Shown here: piece by piece, positions 1-14,819 of the stretch
Numbering within the stretch: the stretch's first letter is position 1
How the letters are laid out: every line of letters begins with the position of its first letter
Source of the DNA: Eledone cirrhosa
Lineage: Eukaryota
Assembly (NCBI GenBank): GCA_964016885.1
Contig: OZ024750.1
Coordinates: 8,060,001 to 8,124,000 of the forward strand
Length of the DNA: 64,000 nucleotides
Reading direction: 5' to 3'
Position numbers and translations under genes: made by a program
Notes under the pieces: generated by a model
Told to the model about the DNA's origin: nothing
The model's database searches: none
What the model saw: the letters and a program-made list of their open reading frames with translations, nothing else

Positions 1-111
1 AAACAAACTTGTTACTCCGTTCAATAGGTAAAATGTTAGAAGAATCAATACGAAATGAAATAATATCTGGAATAGAAGAGTGCTTTACACTTTGTAAATC
101 GTAAAGCTGTA

Positions 112-198
112 AATATTGGGTCGTCAAGTATGAAGTTTGTAGAAATTTGTTTTTGTTCTAGAAATTTCTACAAATTTCATACTTGATGACCCAATATT
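112..198. repeat. Inverted repeat, 37-bp arms, 13-bp spacer
   Basis: aatattgggtcgtcaagtatgaagtttgtagaaattt (112-148) versus reverse complement of 162-198; 2 mismatches. Confidence 0.9.
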
Positions 199-1000
199 AA
201 TTGTTTTAGTCTTTCACAGACTCTGTCTTTTTGAAAGCCTCAATCTCAACTGTATTTCTTTATATAATGCTGTTGTGACTTTTCCCTATTGTGAATTCTG
301 ATAAGAAGTAACCGTAAACATCTGGAACACTACACCCCCATCACCTCCAGTCCCTGCTAATTCCAGCTGCAGTCATTCTCATTTCATTCTCCTGGCCGAC
401 AACTATTCTCACTTCGAATTGATTTTTACCATTTTCCTCCCAATTATTCTAATCTTTGCCATTCCCAAATTTCAGTCAATATTGTTAAATTCTAACTTTA
501 TTTTCTACATTTGTAATCATAAAAACATCAGACACTAAAATTACACAACATCATTCTAATATTTTCCAATCATGTGATCATACTGATTTTTCAATTAACG
601 TTTTGTTGCAAATCATACAAGGATTTTATTTTTAAATATAGAGTTAATAATTGCTGTAAGGTGATATCTAAAATATCAACCGATTTTAAAATTACTTCAT
701 ATTCTCCAACATTTGTGGCTGTGTGGTGTTTCACAAATTCGACACCAACCTTTACGTGTTTGTCATTATGGTCACGATTTTTCCTTCAAAATTTTACATT
801 AAGAATAGAAGTGAAATAAATGATAATCTATTGATTTCTGCTTTAGAATGTTCTGCCTTCAAAATGTATTATCACTGAAATATAATAACCTAGAAATGTC
901 AGGAAAGACCATAATGTAAAATTGTAATTTCTATACAACACATTTGAATCAAGAGATCACACACGTCAATGTTTTTTTCCTTCTGACTATGTATTCAAGC

Positions 1001-1094
1001 ATATATATATAATATATATATATATATATAAATATTTAAATACATACATATACATACATATATATATATATATATGTGTGTGTATATATATATA

Positions 1095-1133
<39 letters not shown>
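1001..1133. repeat. (TA)n/(TG)n compound microsatellite
   Basis: Visible directly in the sequence. Confidence 0.95.
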
Positions 1134-1139
<6 letters not shown>

Positions 1140-1464
1140 GATAGAAAGTCTATGTATTTGATGTGAGAAACGTGAAGTCTTTAAGAAATATTAAGCAGAT
1201 GTCGAGCGAACGTACACAAACAGTTATTTTATTGACGAGAAAATGGATGTCAACCTCCTTCTGGATCTTACGCTACTGCTGTTCGGCTTACGTGTCACCT
1301 ACAGCCATGCTGGTCAGGAGTCTTAGACAGCATGGCATATGTGACTCGAAAAGTCGTGTGAGTCAGAAATCAGCAACAGAATAAAAAGACATTCCCCACC
1401 GCAAGATTATAGAGAATCTGAGAAGGCAGTATGTGTGTATAATATATATATATATATATTTATG

Positions 1465-1500
<36 letters not shown>

Positions 1501-1502
<2 letters not shown>

Positions 1503-1692
1503 CAAAGGAATTGTGGTAAGGAACCAGATGGACCATAACGCACCAGAGTACTCAATACTTAGGGTAGTAGAGTGGGAAATAGGAAAAAGTAAGACCCCCG
1601 ACGGCAGAGCTCAAGCCGTTTCGACGGATATTTCTGGACAGAAATAGCCGTCGGAACGGCTTGAGCTCTGCCGTCTGGGTCATACTTTTTCC

Positions 1693-1695
<3 letters not shown>
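1501..1695 (-). mobile_element. Penelope-like element 3' end with inverted partial copy, inserted in (TA)n
   Basis: (TA)n on both sides; ~58-bp inverted arms 1579-1636 / 1639-1695; hammerhead-like ccgtcGAAACggc on the minus strand; homologous copy at 39693-39850. Confidence 0.65.
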
Positions 1696-1714
<19 letters not shown>

Positions 1715-1723
<9 letters not shown>

Positions 1724-2220
1724 GTGTGTGTGTGTGTGTGTGTGTGTGTGAGAAATGTATAAATATTTATGAAATATATATATAGATATATTTATGTGTG
1801 TGTATGAAATATATATATATATATATGTGTGTATGTGTATGAAATATATATATATATTTATGTGTGTGTATGAAATATATATGTTTATATGTGTGTGTTT
1901 GAAATATATATATATATTTAGGTGTGTGTGTATGAAATGTATATATGTTTATGTGTGTGTGTGTATGAAATATATACATATATATATATATTTAGGTGTG
2001 TGTGTATGAAATATATATATGTTTATGTGTGTGTGTATGAAATATATATATATTTATATTTAGGTGTGTGTGTATGAAATATATATATGTTTATGTGTGT
2101 GTGTATGAAATATATACATATATATATATATATTTAGGTGTGTGTGTATGAAATATATATATGTTTATGTGTGTGTGTATGAAATATATATATGTTTGTG
2201 TGGATGTATGAAATATATAA
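1715..2220. repeat. Compound minisatellite, ~30-bp unit (GT)n-ATGAA-(AT)n-TTTA
   Basis: About 15 recurring units with variable dinucleotide run lengths. Confidence 0.9.
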
Positions 2221-2564
2221 TATCACATGTTGACAACCTCAGAAGACCAGGAATGTGTATATTCTTACTGTGTTGGTTTAACAGAACTAAAAGTCTAAAA
2301 GCGATATTTGTATACAATGCATAAACAGCCAAATTAACGTTGCATAAGGTTACTCTGGCACTAATGTTTTTCCTGTTATATTCATAACAAATTTCACTCA
2401 TATATATATATTTCACCCATATATATATATATATATATATGGGATAACAAGTTATCGATTTAGGAAATCCAGTTAGAGGTTGTGAGTACGCTGTACAAAA
2501 ACAATTATTAATATGTAAATAAAACCCTTTTTTGTACAGCCGACTATGTTATTCCTCACTCTTT

Positions 2565-2634
<70 letters not shown>

Positions 2635-2889
2635 CCCACTCTCAAACACTTTTCGTAACTGTACTCATTGTTATTGTTTTTTACTTTTCCTATATAAATA
2701 TATATTTATATATATAATATTAATATTAATAAATGGAAACTATCTTTATAAAACGATATTTATTTTATTATATATATTTCAAGAGTACCAGTATTTTGAT
2801 ACGCTCTCAACAGATAAAATACAAAAATTGGTTTACAGATAGTGACATATCTATATATGAACTTAATGTTATGAGTTCTATGTAAATTG

Positions 2890-4201
<1,312 letters not shown>

Positions 4202-4218
4202 TGTATCTATATAGAGAG

Positions 4219-4525
4219 AGAATAATTTGAAACTCAACACAAAAGAAAACTGCCGAAACAGTAAATTATAGTCAAAGATGACGTTGGGTAAAGATTTACC
4301 TGAACGACAGAAATGAACGGCTGGAAGTGTGTTTTTCCAGCTCCTCTCTACCACTCCTCTGGACCAACACACTTCCAGCCACTTATTCCTGTCTCTGAGG
4401 TAAGTCTTTACCCAACGTTGCCATTGACGATATTTCACTGTTTCGGCAGTTTTCTTTTGCGTTGAGTTTCAAATTATTCTAATACACATGCGCTTCAACT
4501 CGATTTTCAAGATGACACCTTGTTT
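4219..4525 (+). mobile_element. Penelope-like 3' end with 115-bp inverted partial copy
   Basis: Arms 4219-4333 and 4366-4480 (about 16 mismatches in 115 by eye); 45-bp unpaired tail ending at (TA)n; (TA)n array upstream. Confidence 0.6.
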
Positions 4526-4550
4526 ATATATATATATATATATATATATA

Positions 4551-4653
4551 ATTGTTTCTACTTTCGGCATTTTGGCATAAGGCCAGCAAATACCCAGTGC
4601 ATTACTGGTACTTTATTTTATCGACCCCCGTAAGGATGAAAAGCAAAGTTACC
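4551..4653 (-). mobile_element. SINE family A, 5'-truncated
   Basis: Matches the 3' ~100 bp of the full copies (ctttgc.tttcatccttacggggtcgataaaataaagtaccag). Confidence 0.9.
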
Positions 4654-4693
4654 CTTTGTTTGTACTGCCTCTGTTTTGTTCCCGTTCCATTTT

Positions 4694-4731
<38 letters not shown>

Positions 4732-4733
<2 letters not shown>

Positions 4734-4845
4734 CAAAATAAGATGCTGATGTTACATAAATCGTTTAATCATTATAATTATTTCCACGGTTCTCCATGCA
4801 ATCGAGAAGAGAAGTCCTTCATGCATTTGTTGTTGTTATGAGAAC
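4732..4845. repeat. ~110-bp dispersed duplicate, copy 1
   Basis: Near-identical to 8904-9011. Confidence 0.85.
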
Positions 4846-4922
4846 GGTATCCTCAGATGATATCTGATGTGTTTGATATGCCGCCGGCAGGAAAAAACAC
4901 ACGTCCTATTGCTTGTGTGCCA

Positions 4923-4996
<74 letters not shown>

Positions 4997-5732
4997 GTAT
5001 TTGTAAAGATACATATTTTATATAAAGACTACTCGATTTGCTACTCAATACACAAGTCAAACCTGTTCTATATATGTTTATATTTTCAGCTTACAGCCTA
5101 AATGACAAAAATAAGAACATTTATATTTAAATGAATTGGTATTGTTAACATTGAAAAATATCATGTATTTATTTCAGTGTATTATTGACTAACAGATCTT
5201 TGCTATTTATGTTATATTGTTCTATAAAAGTTAAAACTTCCTCGGTGCATGTTAGCTAATATTGGCTATAAAACTAATCTCATACGAGTAGATGACACTA
5301 TCAAGAGTAGCCTCTTCGTTCTGCTTTTGTATGGGACATTATTGATAATAGATTAGTTTGTGTAATGTGCAGGAAATTATAGTGAAGTAAACTTAATCTT
5401 CTTTCAGATATGAAGATGACATTAGTTGTGCATTAATCTTATTCCGTGTGTGCTAATATTAGCTATAGGCTGATATATTCTTATGCAGGCTGAATGCTAT
5501 CGGTTGCAGGTTAATCCACTGACATTTACTCTGTGACGATTTAAGAAGCTCAACATCCTTTCGATGTGAACAAGAATAGCCTGCCTAGTTAACTAACAAA
5601 AACTGAAATTTGATGCTAAAACTCTAAATAATTCAGTAGTTTCATTTACTTCCGATGATTGTAAAGCCGTTTTATCTATATATCCTTGTGTCTATCTCAC
5701 TCTTTGTTTGTCATGCAGATACACTATCACGT

Positions 5733-5870
5733 ATACACACACACATGCATACACATACACACATACATACACATACATGCATACACACACATGCATACAC
5801 ATACATGCATACACACACATACATACACATATATATACACATGCACACACACACACACATACACACACAT
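5733..5870. repeat. (AC)n/(ACAT)n compound microsatellite
   Basis: Visible directly; source of the HT-rich ORFs. Confidence 0.95.
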
Positions 5871-6087
5871 GTATTTATGTATTTATATATATAGTATGTA
5901 AAGAGAATGTAAATGCTGCTACTGATACATTGAAAAAATGTCAGCTAACTTATTGGATAATTTGGTTACCAGCGAGTTCTGTCATTAGAATATGTTATAT
6001 AGAGACTATCGCAACACAGTCATAAATAACAGGACTAGCAATTTTCCGCCTCTTCTCACCAATCATTGTTAAATAGGAATGTCATAA

Positions 6088-6381
6088 GAGTAAAGGCCCC
6101 TTATGGAATTTGCACCTAGAAAGTTTCCCTCCGAGGCACAAATCCGGGCAAGGTCACCCATGCATACCAGCCTCCCTTCTCCACGCCACCGATGTTGGGA
6201 AAGGCAATGGCCGATTCAGCTTAGCACCAGTGACGTCGCAACTCATTGCTACAGTTGAGTAAACTGGATCATCATGAAATAAAGTTTCTTTCTCAAGGAC
6301 ACAACGGATCACCCGGTCCGAAAATAGAACTCACAACCTTTCGATTGCAAGCCCACTGCTCTAACCACTAAGTCATGCGCC
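6088..6381 (-). mobile_element. tRNA-derived SINE family B (CORE-like gtgtccttgag motif)
   Basis: Minus strand begins ggcgcatgacttagtggttagagc (A-box-like), then gagttcta (B-box-like), then ttgtgtccttgagaaagaaactt; related copy at 31990-32180. Confidence 0.75.
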
Positions 6382-6492
6382 TTGACAAGAACGTCGTACA
6401 TAGATGTTAATACCACTATCCATATATGTGGCAGCACTGTTAAATAACGAGGGCCAAATTGATTCAGTGATGTGTTTAATCCCATTTTACGA

Positions 6493-6493
<1 letters not shown>

Positions 6494-6583
<90 letters not shown>

Positions 6584-6597
6584 ACAGACACACACAC
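6494..6597. repeat. (CA)n microsatellite
   Basis: Visible directly. Confidence 0.98.
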
Positions 6598-8314
6598 TGT
6601 TATGTCCTCGCATATCACTGGTATGACATCTTTACACCAAAAAAAAATTTGGACTGATATTTCTTACCCAGAGAGTAACGAATTGTTCTGTACATATTGA
6701 GTGTTATAGGTGAAATCTGGTTGAGATTGCAACATTAAGTAATTACTTTTACAAACATCTAAACATAAAGTTTCAAGTCTCGCAAGTTCGTCAAACGTGT
6801 GGAGAAAGAGAGAGATTGAGAAAGAAATGTTTTTTCGTCCTAAACTTCGCAATAACTACCGTTGTCCATGTATATACATGACTCAAAGAATATATGTATG
6901 TATATCTGTGTAAATATTCCTAATGAAAGGATCTTTGTTGCGCTCATTAACCCGGCCAACAAAATCAAAAACAATCACTTCATTCAAAACATAGAAATCT
7001 CCACTCCTTCAGTGTACGAAAATGCGAAATTCAAACATTACTCAGTTTGTTTATACTTTCGAGTCTTAAATAATCGTCCCATCCCTCTACGCTTCTCCGG
7101 CTAAAAGTTTATTTTAGGTGTTAGCATTTTGGCGACAATTAATTTTCTTTAAACACTAAAAGACATTATACACGACAAAGAAAACAATAATACATTACTA
7201 GCAATCTGAAAATTTATAAAATAAATAGGATGGGTTGGGGTTTCAATATGTAAACTAAATGATTAATTGTGGAATTGTGGTTTTGAAAAAATATCAACGG
7301 AGACGGCCTAGTAAAATTTCTGATCCCCACCCCGCTTATTTTCTTACTGGTGAATCTCTAAACATGTGCAAGTATGTGCATAAGGGATACATGTTGAGAT
7401 ACAGTGAATTTAATTACAAATCTCTATCAGGATATGAGACACGTGTCATTGACATTACCATAATATATTCAAATCACTCCAATTGGCTAAACGTCATTCT
7501 CTGTATAAATTAGCCTTGTTATTGTATGAAATAAAATGATTATTTTATGATTTAAAGAGGGAAATAAAGGTAACGCCTACGGTATTTTTCAAGCTCTCTC
7601 CCAAAGAGGTGGATAGAATAGAGGCAATTATCTTCATACTAGAGACATGGCTCAAATGACTCTATCAAAATACACTCCACTGTATGAATGTGTTTTTGAG
7701 CGTGTGTGTGTCTCTCTGTCTATTTCTCTCTCTGTCTCTCTCTCTCTCTCAGTGTATACTTGTGTGTTTTTGAGTATGTATACGTGGTAGAAATATTTGT
7801 GTACCGGATTACATTTCACACTATGTTCTGAAGTTCTGAGGTCGGAGGTTGATACTGTAAATAAATGTGAAAACAGGCGCACACACACACGCACACAGGG
7901 GGGATAACCCATAAACAAACGGGGTTAAATCAAATACATTCTATCCAGCCTTTAGATTAATGGCAGTTGGTGAAGTTTATGAATCAATATTTTTCAGTAC
8001 TAAAATTAATGATGCAACAACAGATATAATCCTAAATGGAATATCAATATTTATTGTTTCCAAACTGACAGTATTAAATTAGGAATTCACTTTGAAACCT
8101 AAATTAGCATAAGAATGATGTAATCAACCTAGTGCACAACACATTCTATAATTTATGAATAAGATGGCGTCTTTGTAATACTAAAGATGGCAGGGTTGTC
8201 GTAACCTTATTGAAAGTTATGTTTGAGGTCAATGTTCATAGAGTATGTATGGTAATCTCGGATGAAATCTCTGGATTATGTGTGAAGGTCAAAGCCTATA
8301 GGTTTACTGATAAT

Positions 8315-8691
8315 AATTGTTTCTACTTTTGGCACAAGGCCAGCAATTATCCCAGTGCATTACTGGTACTTTATTTTATCGACCCCGTAAGGATGAAAGG
8401 CAAAGTTAACCTCGGCGGGATTTGAACTCAGATCATAAAGGGAGGTAACTCTATGCTTCAAAGCATGGCGTCCGACCCTTACCGATACTGCCAATCCACA
8501 GCCCTACTTATAATAATAATTGTTTCTACACAAGGCTAGCAATTATTCCAGTGCATTACTGGTACTACTGGTACGTGAGGATGAAAGGCAAAGTTAACCT
8601 TGGCGGGATTTGAACTTAGACCATAAAGGGGCATAACTCTATGCTGCAAAGCATGGCATCCGACCCACTACCGATACTGCAAATCCACCGC
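8315..8691 (-). mobile_element. Two tandem SINE family A copies (8315-8503, 8518-8691)
   Basis: First copy has A-box tggcagtatcgg, B-box gttcaaatcc, conserved body and (ATT)n tail; second copy is similar with an internal deletion. Confidence 0.92.
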
Positions 8692-8815
8692 AATAATAAT
8701 GATAAATATTATTATTATTATTAGAGAGAGAAAAAGAGAGAGTGCAGAGGGCGAGAGAGTTTCGGGTGCATATGTGTGTGGACATATAAGTTAGTGTAGT
8801 TTTGCATATGTGTAC

Positions 8816-8817
<2 letters not shown>

Positions 8818-8897
<80 letters not shown>
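8818..8897. repeat. (GT)n microsatellite
   Basis: Visible directly. Confidence 0.98.
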
Positions 8898-8900
<3 letters not shown>

Positions 8901-8903
8901 AAT

Positions 8904-9011
8904 AACAAGATAAGATGCTGAGGTTACATATATGGTTTAATCATTATAATTATTTCCACGGTTCTCCATGCAATCGAGAAGTCCTTCATGCATTGTTGCT
9001 GTTATGAGAAC
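8904..9011. repeat. ~110-bp dispersed duplicate, copy 2
   Basis: Near-identical to 4732-4845. Confidence 0.85.
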
Positions 9012-9137
9012 CCTATATGTAACCTGAGCATCTTATTTCGTTATTTTTATAAAATCTCCATCGTAACTAAAGACTACGATTGTTGAGAGCTTTCTCCTGC
9101 TTACTCCTGTTTTTACCAAAACAATCTTTTTCCGAAA

Positions 9138-9207
<70 letters not shown>

Positions 9208-9423
9208 ATATTTACATATATATATTTATATATAAAAATTGATGAGCAGAACAAACAAACAAACAAACATTAAACAATCATTTAAATAAATTAAAAAATA
9301 ATTTTTTAGGAAAGAAAGAAATTTGCATAAAATACATGCTTCCAAATAGTCCCCTTGTTTGAATTTCTCAGTCAGGAGAAATTCTAATCTTTTCATATTA
9401 TCTTCACATCTATACCAATCACT

Positions 9424-9540
9424 CCGAGGTTAACTTTGCCTTTCATCCTTACGGGGTCGATAAAATAAAGTACCAGTAATACACTGGGGGTCGATTTAAT
9501 CGACTTTCCCCTCCTCCTGAAACTACTAGAAATCATTATC
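9424..9540 (+). mobile_element. SINE family A long variant, 5'-truncated
   Basis: Conserved body followed by the ggggtcgatttaatcgactttcccctcc extension. Confidence 0.85.
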
Positions 9541-9879
9541 TCCACATCTATACGTGTGTGCGCAAAAACATATACACACACGTTCCCTCATTTATATATA
9601 TATATATATATATGTAGGTGAAAGAAAGATAGATAGATGGTTGAACAAATAGATAGAAAGATGGTTGAAAAAACTAGATAGAAAGATGGTTGAACAAATA
9701 GATAGAAAGATGGATGGATGAATGAACAGACAGATAGATATATGTTATCGTAGGCTTAATAATTTATTAGCAAAGAACCAGCTTTTATTTTTATCCGGTA
9801 TTTGATTAACGGTTTCTTTATTTAGATAAACTTGTTAACATTGAACAGGAATGCGCGGGCGTGTGTATGCTTAAAAATA

Positions 9880-10960
9880 AAACTATTGAGTCAATATATA
9901 ACAAGCATTGCAATGAATAGATTTTAGGTCCAGCTGGAATTCGGCAAGTCTCTATAGTGGAAGTGGGTCATTGTAGAACATATATATGGATATGCAACAG
10001 ACGGATCAATGAAGAGCTTGAGTGCCAATTAATAGCAAAATAGGTCAATATGCAATAGTAGCATGTAGATCAATATGTATAATAAGTCAATATACCGCAA
10101 GTAGGTCTGTCTACAACATATAGGTCAAGGTAGATCATATATATGTCAATGTTGAATAGTTTAATATACAACAAATAGGTCAAGATCAATATCAAATAGG
10201 TCACTGTACACGCAAAAGCCGGTGAATTTGGCAGATTTGTGAGAATCTTGATCAGAATTATTTTGTGGCATTCATTCCAAGCTTTCTCCGTTCCAAGATC
10301 ACATTCAGCCTATGTCAAATTTGCCTGGCATCGTATTGAGGTTGATAAAGTCCCAGTATAATACTGGGATTCGTTTCTTTACATCTTTTTCCTAGTCTTT
10401 CCCTTCTCTCTTTCTTTCTCTCTCCCACTCACCCCTCGCTTTATTTCCCTCACTTTCAACCTTCTATTGAATGATACGGCTTTCGCCAGATTTAAATGCT
10501 TAGGTCAACACTGGCTCTGAAGATGCTATGTGATAATGGTACTCCTACGACCCCATCTGGAATTCACGGCCCATGGATGGACGGAAAAATAAATCAATAT
10601 CAAATAGTTTAATGTAGAGCAAAGCAGGTAAATACTCTATATATATCAATATATAGGAAATAGTTCTATGTATCGCATGTAAGCCATTGTTTAATGTGTA
10701 ACATGCAGATCAATATAAATCATATAGATCAACAGAATATGAGGATCAATATAGAGTAACTAGTTCCTTATAGATTAAATAGGTTATTATAATGCATTTC
10801 TGTCAGTGTCGATCTTGAAGGTTAGTTTATAATACGAACGTTAGAGGGAAATAAATAGGTTTATGGAATGTACAAGTATTATGAAGTTAATGTAAACAAA
10901 TACGCCCGTTTATAGCATGTATATCATTATAGATTATATAGTCAAATAGGTGACACAGCT
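9880..10960. repeat. Highly degenerate ~20-bp minisatellite (consensus roughly TAGGTCAATATA), interrupted by an old SINE near 10225-10370
   Basis: Repeated taggtcaa / tagatcaatat / aagtcaatat words at ~20-bp spacing. Confidence 0.55.
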
Positions 10961-12375
10961 TAGACTGCATACATAAGTGCTTTAGAAAGTGCTGCATACT
11001 GCAATAATTTCTCTTCCTTTAAACTTAGACAGCGCTAACGTAGGCCAGCTTCCATCACTTTCAATCGTAAGGTTGATAGCCATTAGTCAGGAATTTCCGG
11101 ATCACCCTGAAAGCAGGCACCCCGACATCAGCTTTCTGTAATATCCCTCATGCATATATTGTTTTTGTTTTTTTTCATCCGCCATCTTGCAACACTTAGG
11201 TGGGATGTTAACGGCATGAATTTCATCGGTCTCGGAGTATCTAGAAATTCCACAGGAACACCCACTTCAAGACCCCATCCCAACCGAAATAAAAGAAGAA
11301 GCGTGGCAAATAGTAGATCGGAGAAACTTTCATACTGATAAATCTTCAGTGACATGCTTATAATAAAGTCTTGTATTCTGAATAAACTATCAACATTACA
11401 TGTCTGTTTACCCATTAATTATATTCTTATATTTATTATAGAACTATGATACTTTTCCTACACAGCCAATCTATCTCACTGGTTGAAGTTTCTAACTGGT
11501 TGAAGTTTCTAAAAGTAGCTTCTATTTAAAATAAAATACTATAGACGATTGTATAAGGTATCGGGCTTCCAAAATTATATAGAGTCTAAACTCTCAGAAT
11601 TCATTCCTTTTCATCTACATATATCAGTTAAGTATATTATATTATCACGACAAGATATCAAGCATTCCCAGGTGATCCAGCTTTGTGACATATACAAAAA
11701 CAGACATGATTTTCAAACAATTCTGCATGAATACACTTAATGGTATCCTCACGTTCAGAGAAAATAATTAGTAGATACATATTTATGTATAGAAAGAATT
11801 GGGCAGACATCAATCGTGTTTGGTGTTACGTCAATAAGTATATATATATTTCTTTTTTTATGATGAGAAATTAGTGCTTCGGTGGATTTAAAGTTTATAA
11901 CTATTTATATTAAATAGACACTTTATTGATATAAACAGCATTACTTCTAAATTAGTCACGAGGCTCTAAAATAACGGTTTAAAAACAAAGTAATTGTATC
12001 GACACCAGGACGGCACTACTCCTTAGAGCATTAACCTTCAAAAGATAAAAAAAACAATATCGACCGCTTCGCAATTTGAATTATGAAATTCATCAGTATT
12101 TATTAATTTGTTGGTGTTATTAAGGTTAATTCTCGAAACATATCTCTAACAAACATCTACATTGTTATGATGAACATAAGTAGAAATAGCTTCTCGTGTT
12201 AGTGCTGGGCTGCTGACAAAATACTTCTTATTTAAGAGGAGTTCGGGATTAACACGATCATTTACAATCAGATAGACGTACATAAAGAAAAACTCTGTAT
12301 GTAATTGGTAACGCTTACTTTGAGTTTCATTATCGTATGGTTAATCATAGTTTGATATAGGTGTTACATTGCATG

Positions 12376-12410
<35 letters not shown>

Positions 12411-12472
12411 TATAGTAGAAGACTGGAGGGTTATCTTCAGCTAGGTATGGTGAACTAACTGTTGTGGAACTA

Positions 12473-12531
<59 letters not shown>

Positions 12532-12699
12532 TATATATAGATACAGTATACAGGTTCTGACTTGCACCAATATCATAACACATGAACCGCTACTATTGTT
12601 TCTAAATTCTCTGCTCTATGTTATATAAGCCGCACTACATCTTTCTACCCATGTACACACGGGCACACACGTATCTAACACCTGTAGGGCATGTCAGGC

Positions 12700-13020
12700 A
12701 TTAGCCTATAACTGAGCCCACGCCCCTATGCCAGAAAACATTTCCAGCCAACACCATTCTGCCAGAAAACACTTCCAGCCAACACCTTTCTGCCAGAAAA
12801 CATTTCACATCACCCACTGCCAGTCCACGATTATTCCCATGCTGTTTCAAAACGCCCACACGTGTTCTTTCTCCAACCAAACTTTCACACTTCTTCTTTA
12901 TCTTGACGAAGGACAAATTGTCCGAAAATCGGTCTTATTTTAAAATATTCAATGTAATACATTCCCGTCATGGTGTTTGTTCGACAATTTCGTTTATTTT
13001 GTTTAATTTGCACATAACGT
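12700..13020 (+). mobile_element. Probable Penelope-like 3' region with short 31-bp tandem repeat and hammerhead motif
   Basis: 2.5 copies of tgccagaaaacacttccagccaacacc.ttc; hammerhead-like motif at 12902; ends in TA/CA microsatellite. Confidence 0.5.
12902..12934 (+). ncRNA. Minimal hammerhead-ribozyme-like motif
   Basis: cTTGACGA-a-GGACA-aat-TGTCC-GAAA-ATCGGT-C; stem II perfect, stem I not evident. Confidence 0.5.
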
Positions 13021-13063
13021 ATCTTCTAGATATACATATATACATGAGTACGTATGTGTTTAT

Positions 13064-13142
<79 letters not shown>

Positions 13143-13218
13143 CCAAAGACAAATTCAACAGAAACAAGAACGGCGAAGCAGACACTCGCTTTCCATCAAT
13201 CAACTTCTGGAAATCATT

Positions 13219-13376
13219 GCCATGCTTTGACGCATAGAGTTACGGCCCTGGCCATTCTGAGTTTAAATCCCGCCGAGGTTAACTTTGCCTTTCATCCTTA
13301 CGGGATCGATAAAATAAAGTACCAGTAATGTACTGGTAAATTGCTGGCCTTGTGCCAAAAAAGTAAAAACAATTAT
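13219..13376 (+). mobile_element. SINE family A, 5'-truncated
   Basis: gccatgctttgacgcatagagttacgg...gtgccaaaaaagtaaaaacaatt. Confidence 0.9.
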
Positions 13377-13421
13377 AGTTTCCCTTCATCAAGATTGATA
13401 CTATTCGTTCCAGTACACATC

Positions 13422-13616
13422 GGAACGCAATAAGACAACTAGAAACATATATAATAAAAATACATATACGTATATATATATAATATATATGTAATGCGTG
13501 GTGTTTATATATATATATATATATATATAAACACCTACGCATTACATATATATTATATATATATATACGTATATGTATTTTTATTATATATGTTTCTAGT
13601 TGTTTTATTGCGTTCC
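13422..13616. repeat. ~195-bp palindrome centred on a (TA)n tract
   Basis: ~85-bp arms ggaacgcaataagacaactagaaac...gtgttta and their reverse complement; few mismatches. Confidence 0.9.
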
Positions 13617-14769
13617 AACGAGAGAGAGAGAGATATGTAGATAGATATATTCTGTATACGTACATCATTATATATATGTATACGGAATGCCGATGGCTGT
13701 AGATGAATATGTTCAATATCTGACAAGAAACACTACCGTTTTATCCGCTATATCATCTCTATTTTACCAGAAAGAGACAGTTCAACATGATATATAAATC
13801 TATAGAGAACCTTATGTGAAGTTTTGTTTTTAAATAAAAGTATATTCGTAAATCATTTGTATGTCTACGTGTAGAAATATATACTTTAGTATTCAGTTGA
13901 TTCTCGTACGTTTCCTTAGAGATGAGCGCAGGGTTATAAAGAGTAATATTTTCATAGTTGCCTACTATCATAAAATAGTGTTTTGTCAAAAGAAAACATA
14001 TATTCAACTTTAAACATGTTTATTGTTTCTTATGAACTTGCTGATGAAACCGGATGTCTAAAAATTTCAACTCACCGTCACGATATATATTCATATATTT
14101 ATTGTAAAGTCACGATCATTGATATCGGAATGCACTTTACGTATGCATATATATCTGAATTACGTGTTTATCTGAATACAGTATATGTCTTCTAGAACAG
14201 GATAAAAATTGAGAGGATGGAAGTGAGTATGAGATAGAGAGGAAAAACCGACTATAGTACTTGACTGGTACTTTATTATCGACCTCAAATGGATGAAAGG
14301 CAAATTTGACCTCAGCGGGATTTGAACTCAGGAGCCAGAGAGCCGAAACAAATACTGCAAAGCATTTTATGTGACGTTCTAATGACCGTGTGAGTGTAAG
14401 TTTATTCGTTTATGTCCAAACATATAATAGGGCTAATGTCGATGTAGAATCAAACGGATGAGTATGATAACCTACTAAGACTTTATTTTGATAACATATT
14501 ACGACTCTTTTTTTTTTTGATAACCTATTAAGACTTTTAGTTTTACGAAGGGTCAGCTACCTTCAAGTCACTTAGTAAAATGTCTTAAATAGCAATTTGT
14601 TATCCAATCAAAAGACGAGAAAACCTGCAAAAGGATATTGAATGAGGAACTATAAGCAGAAATCTTATCAACTTCCACAAACATACAATTCACACGCCGC
14701 CAATGTATCCATCCAAGTATGCAACCACCCACATATACAACTAAAATACATACAGAACATTTGAAGCAC

Positions 14770-14809
<40 letters not shown>

Positions 14810-14819
14810 TGTGTGATCC

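Noticed and set aside
14040-14056. ctgatgaaaccgg as a hammerhead
   Set aside because: No stem II between CUGAUGA and GAAA
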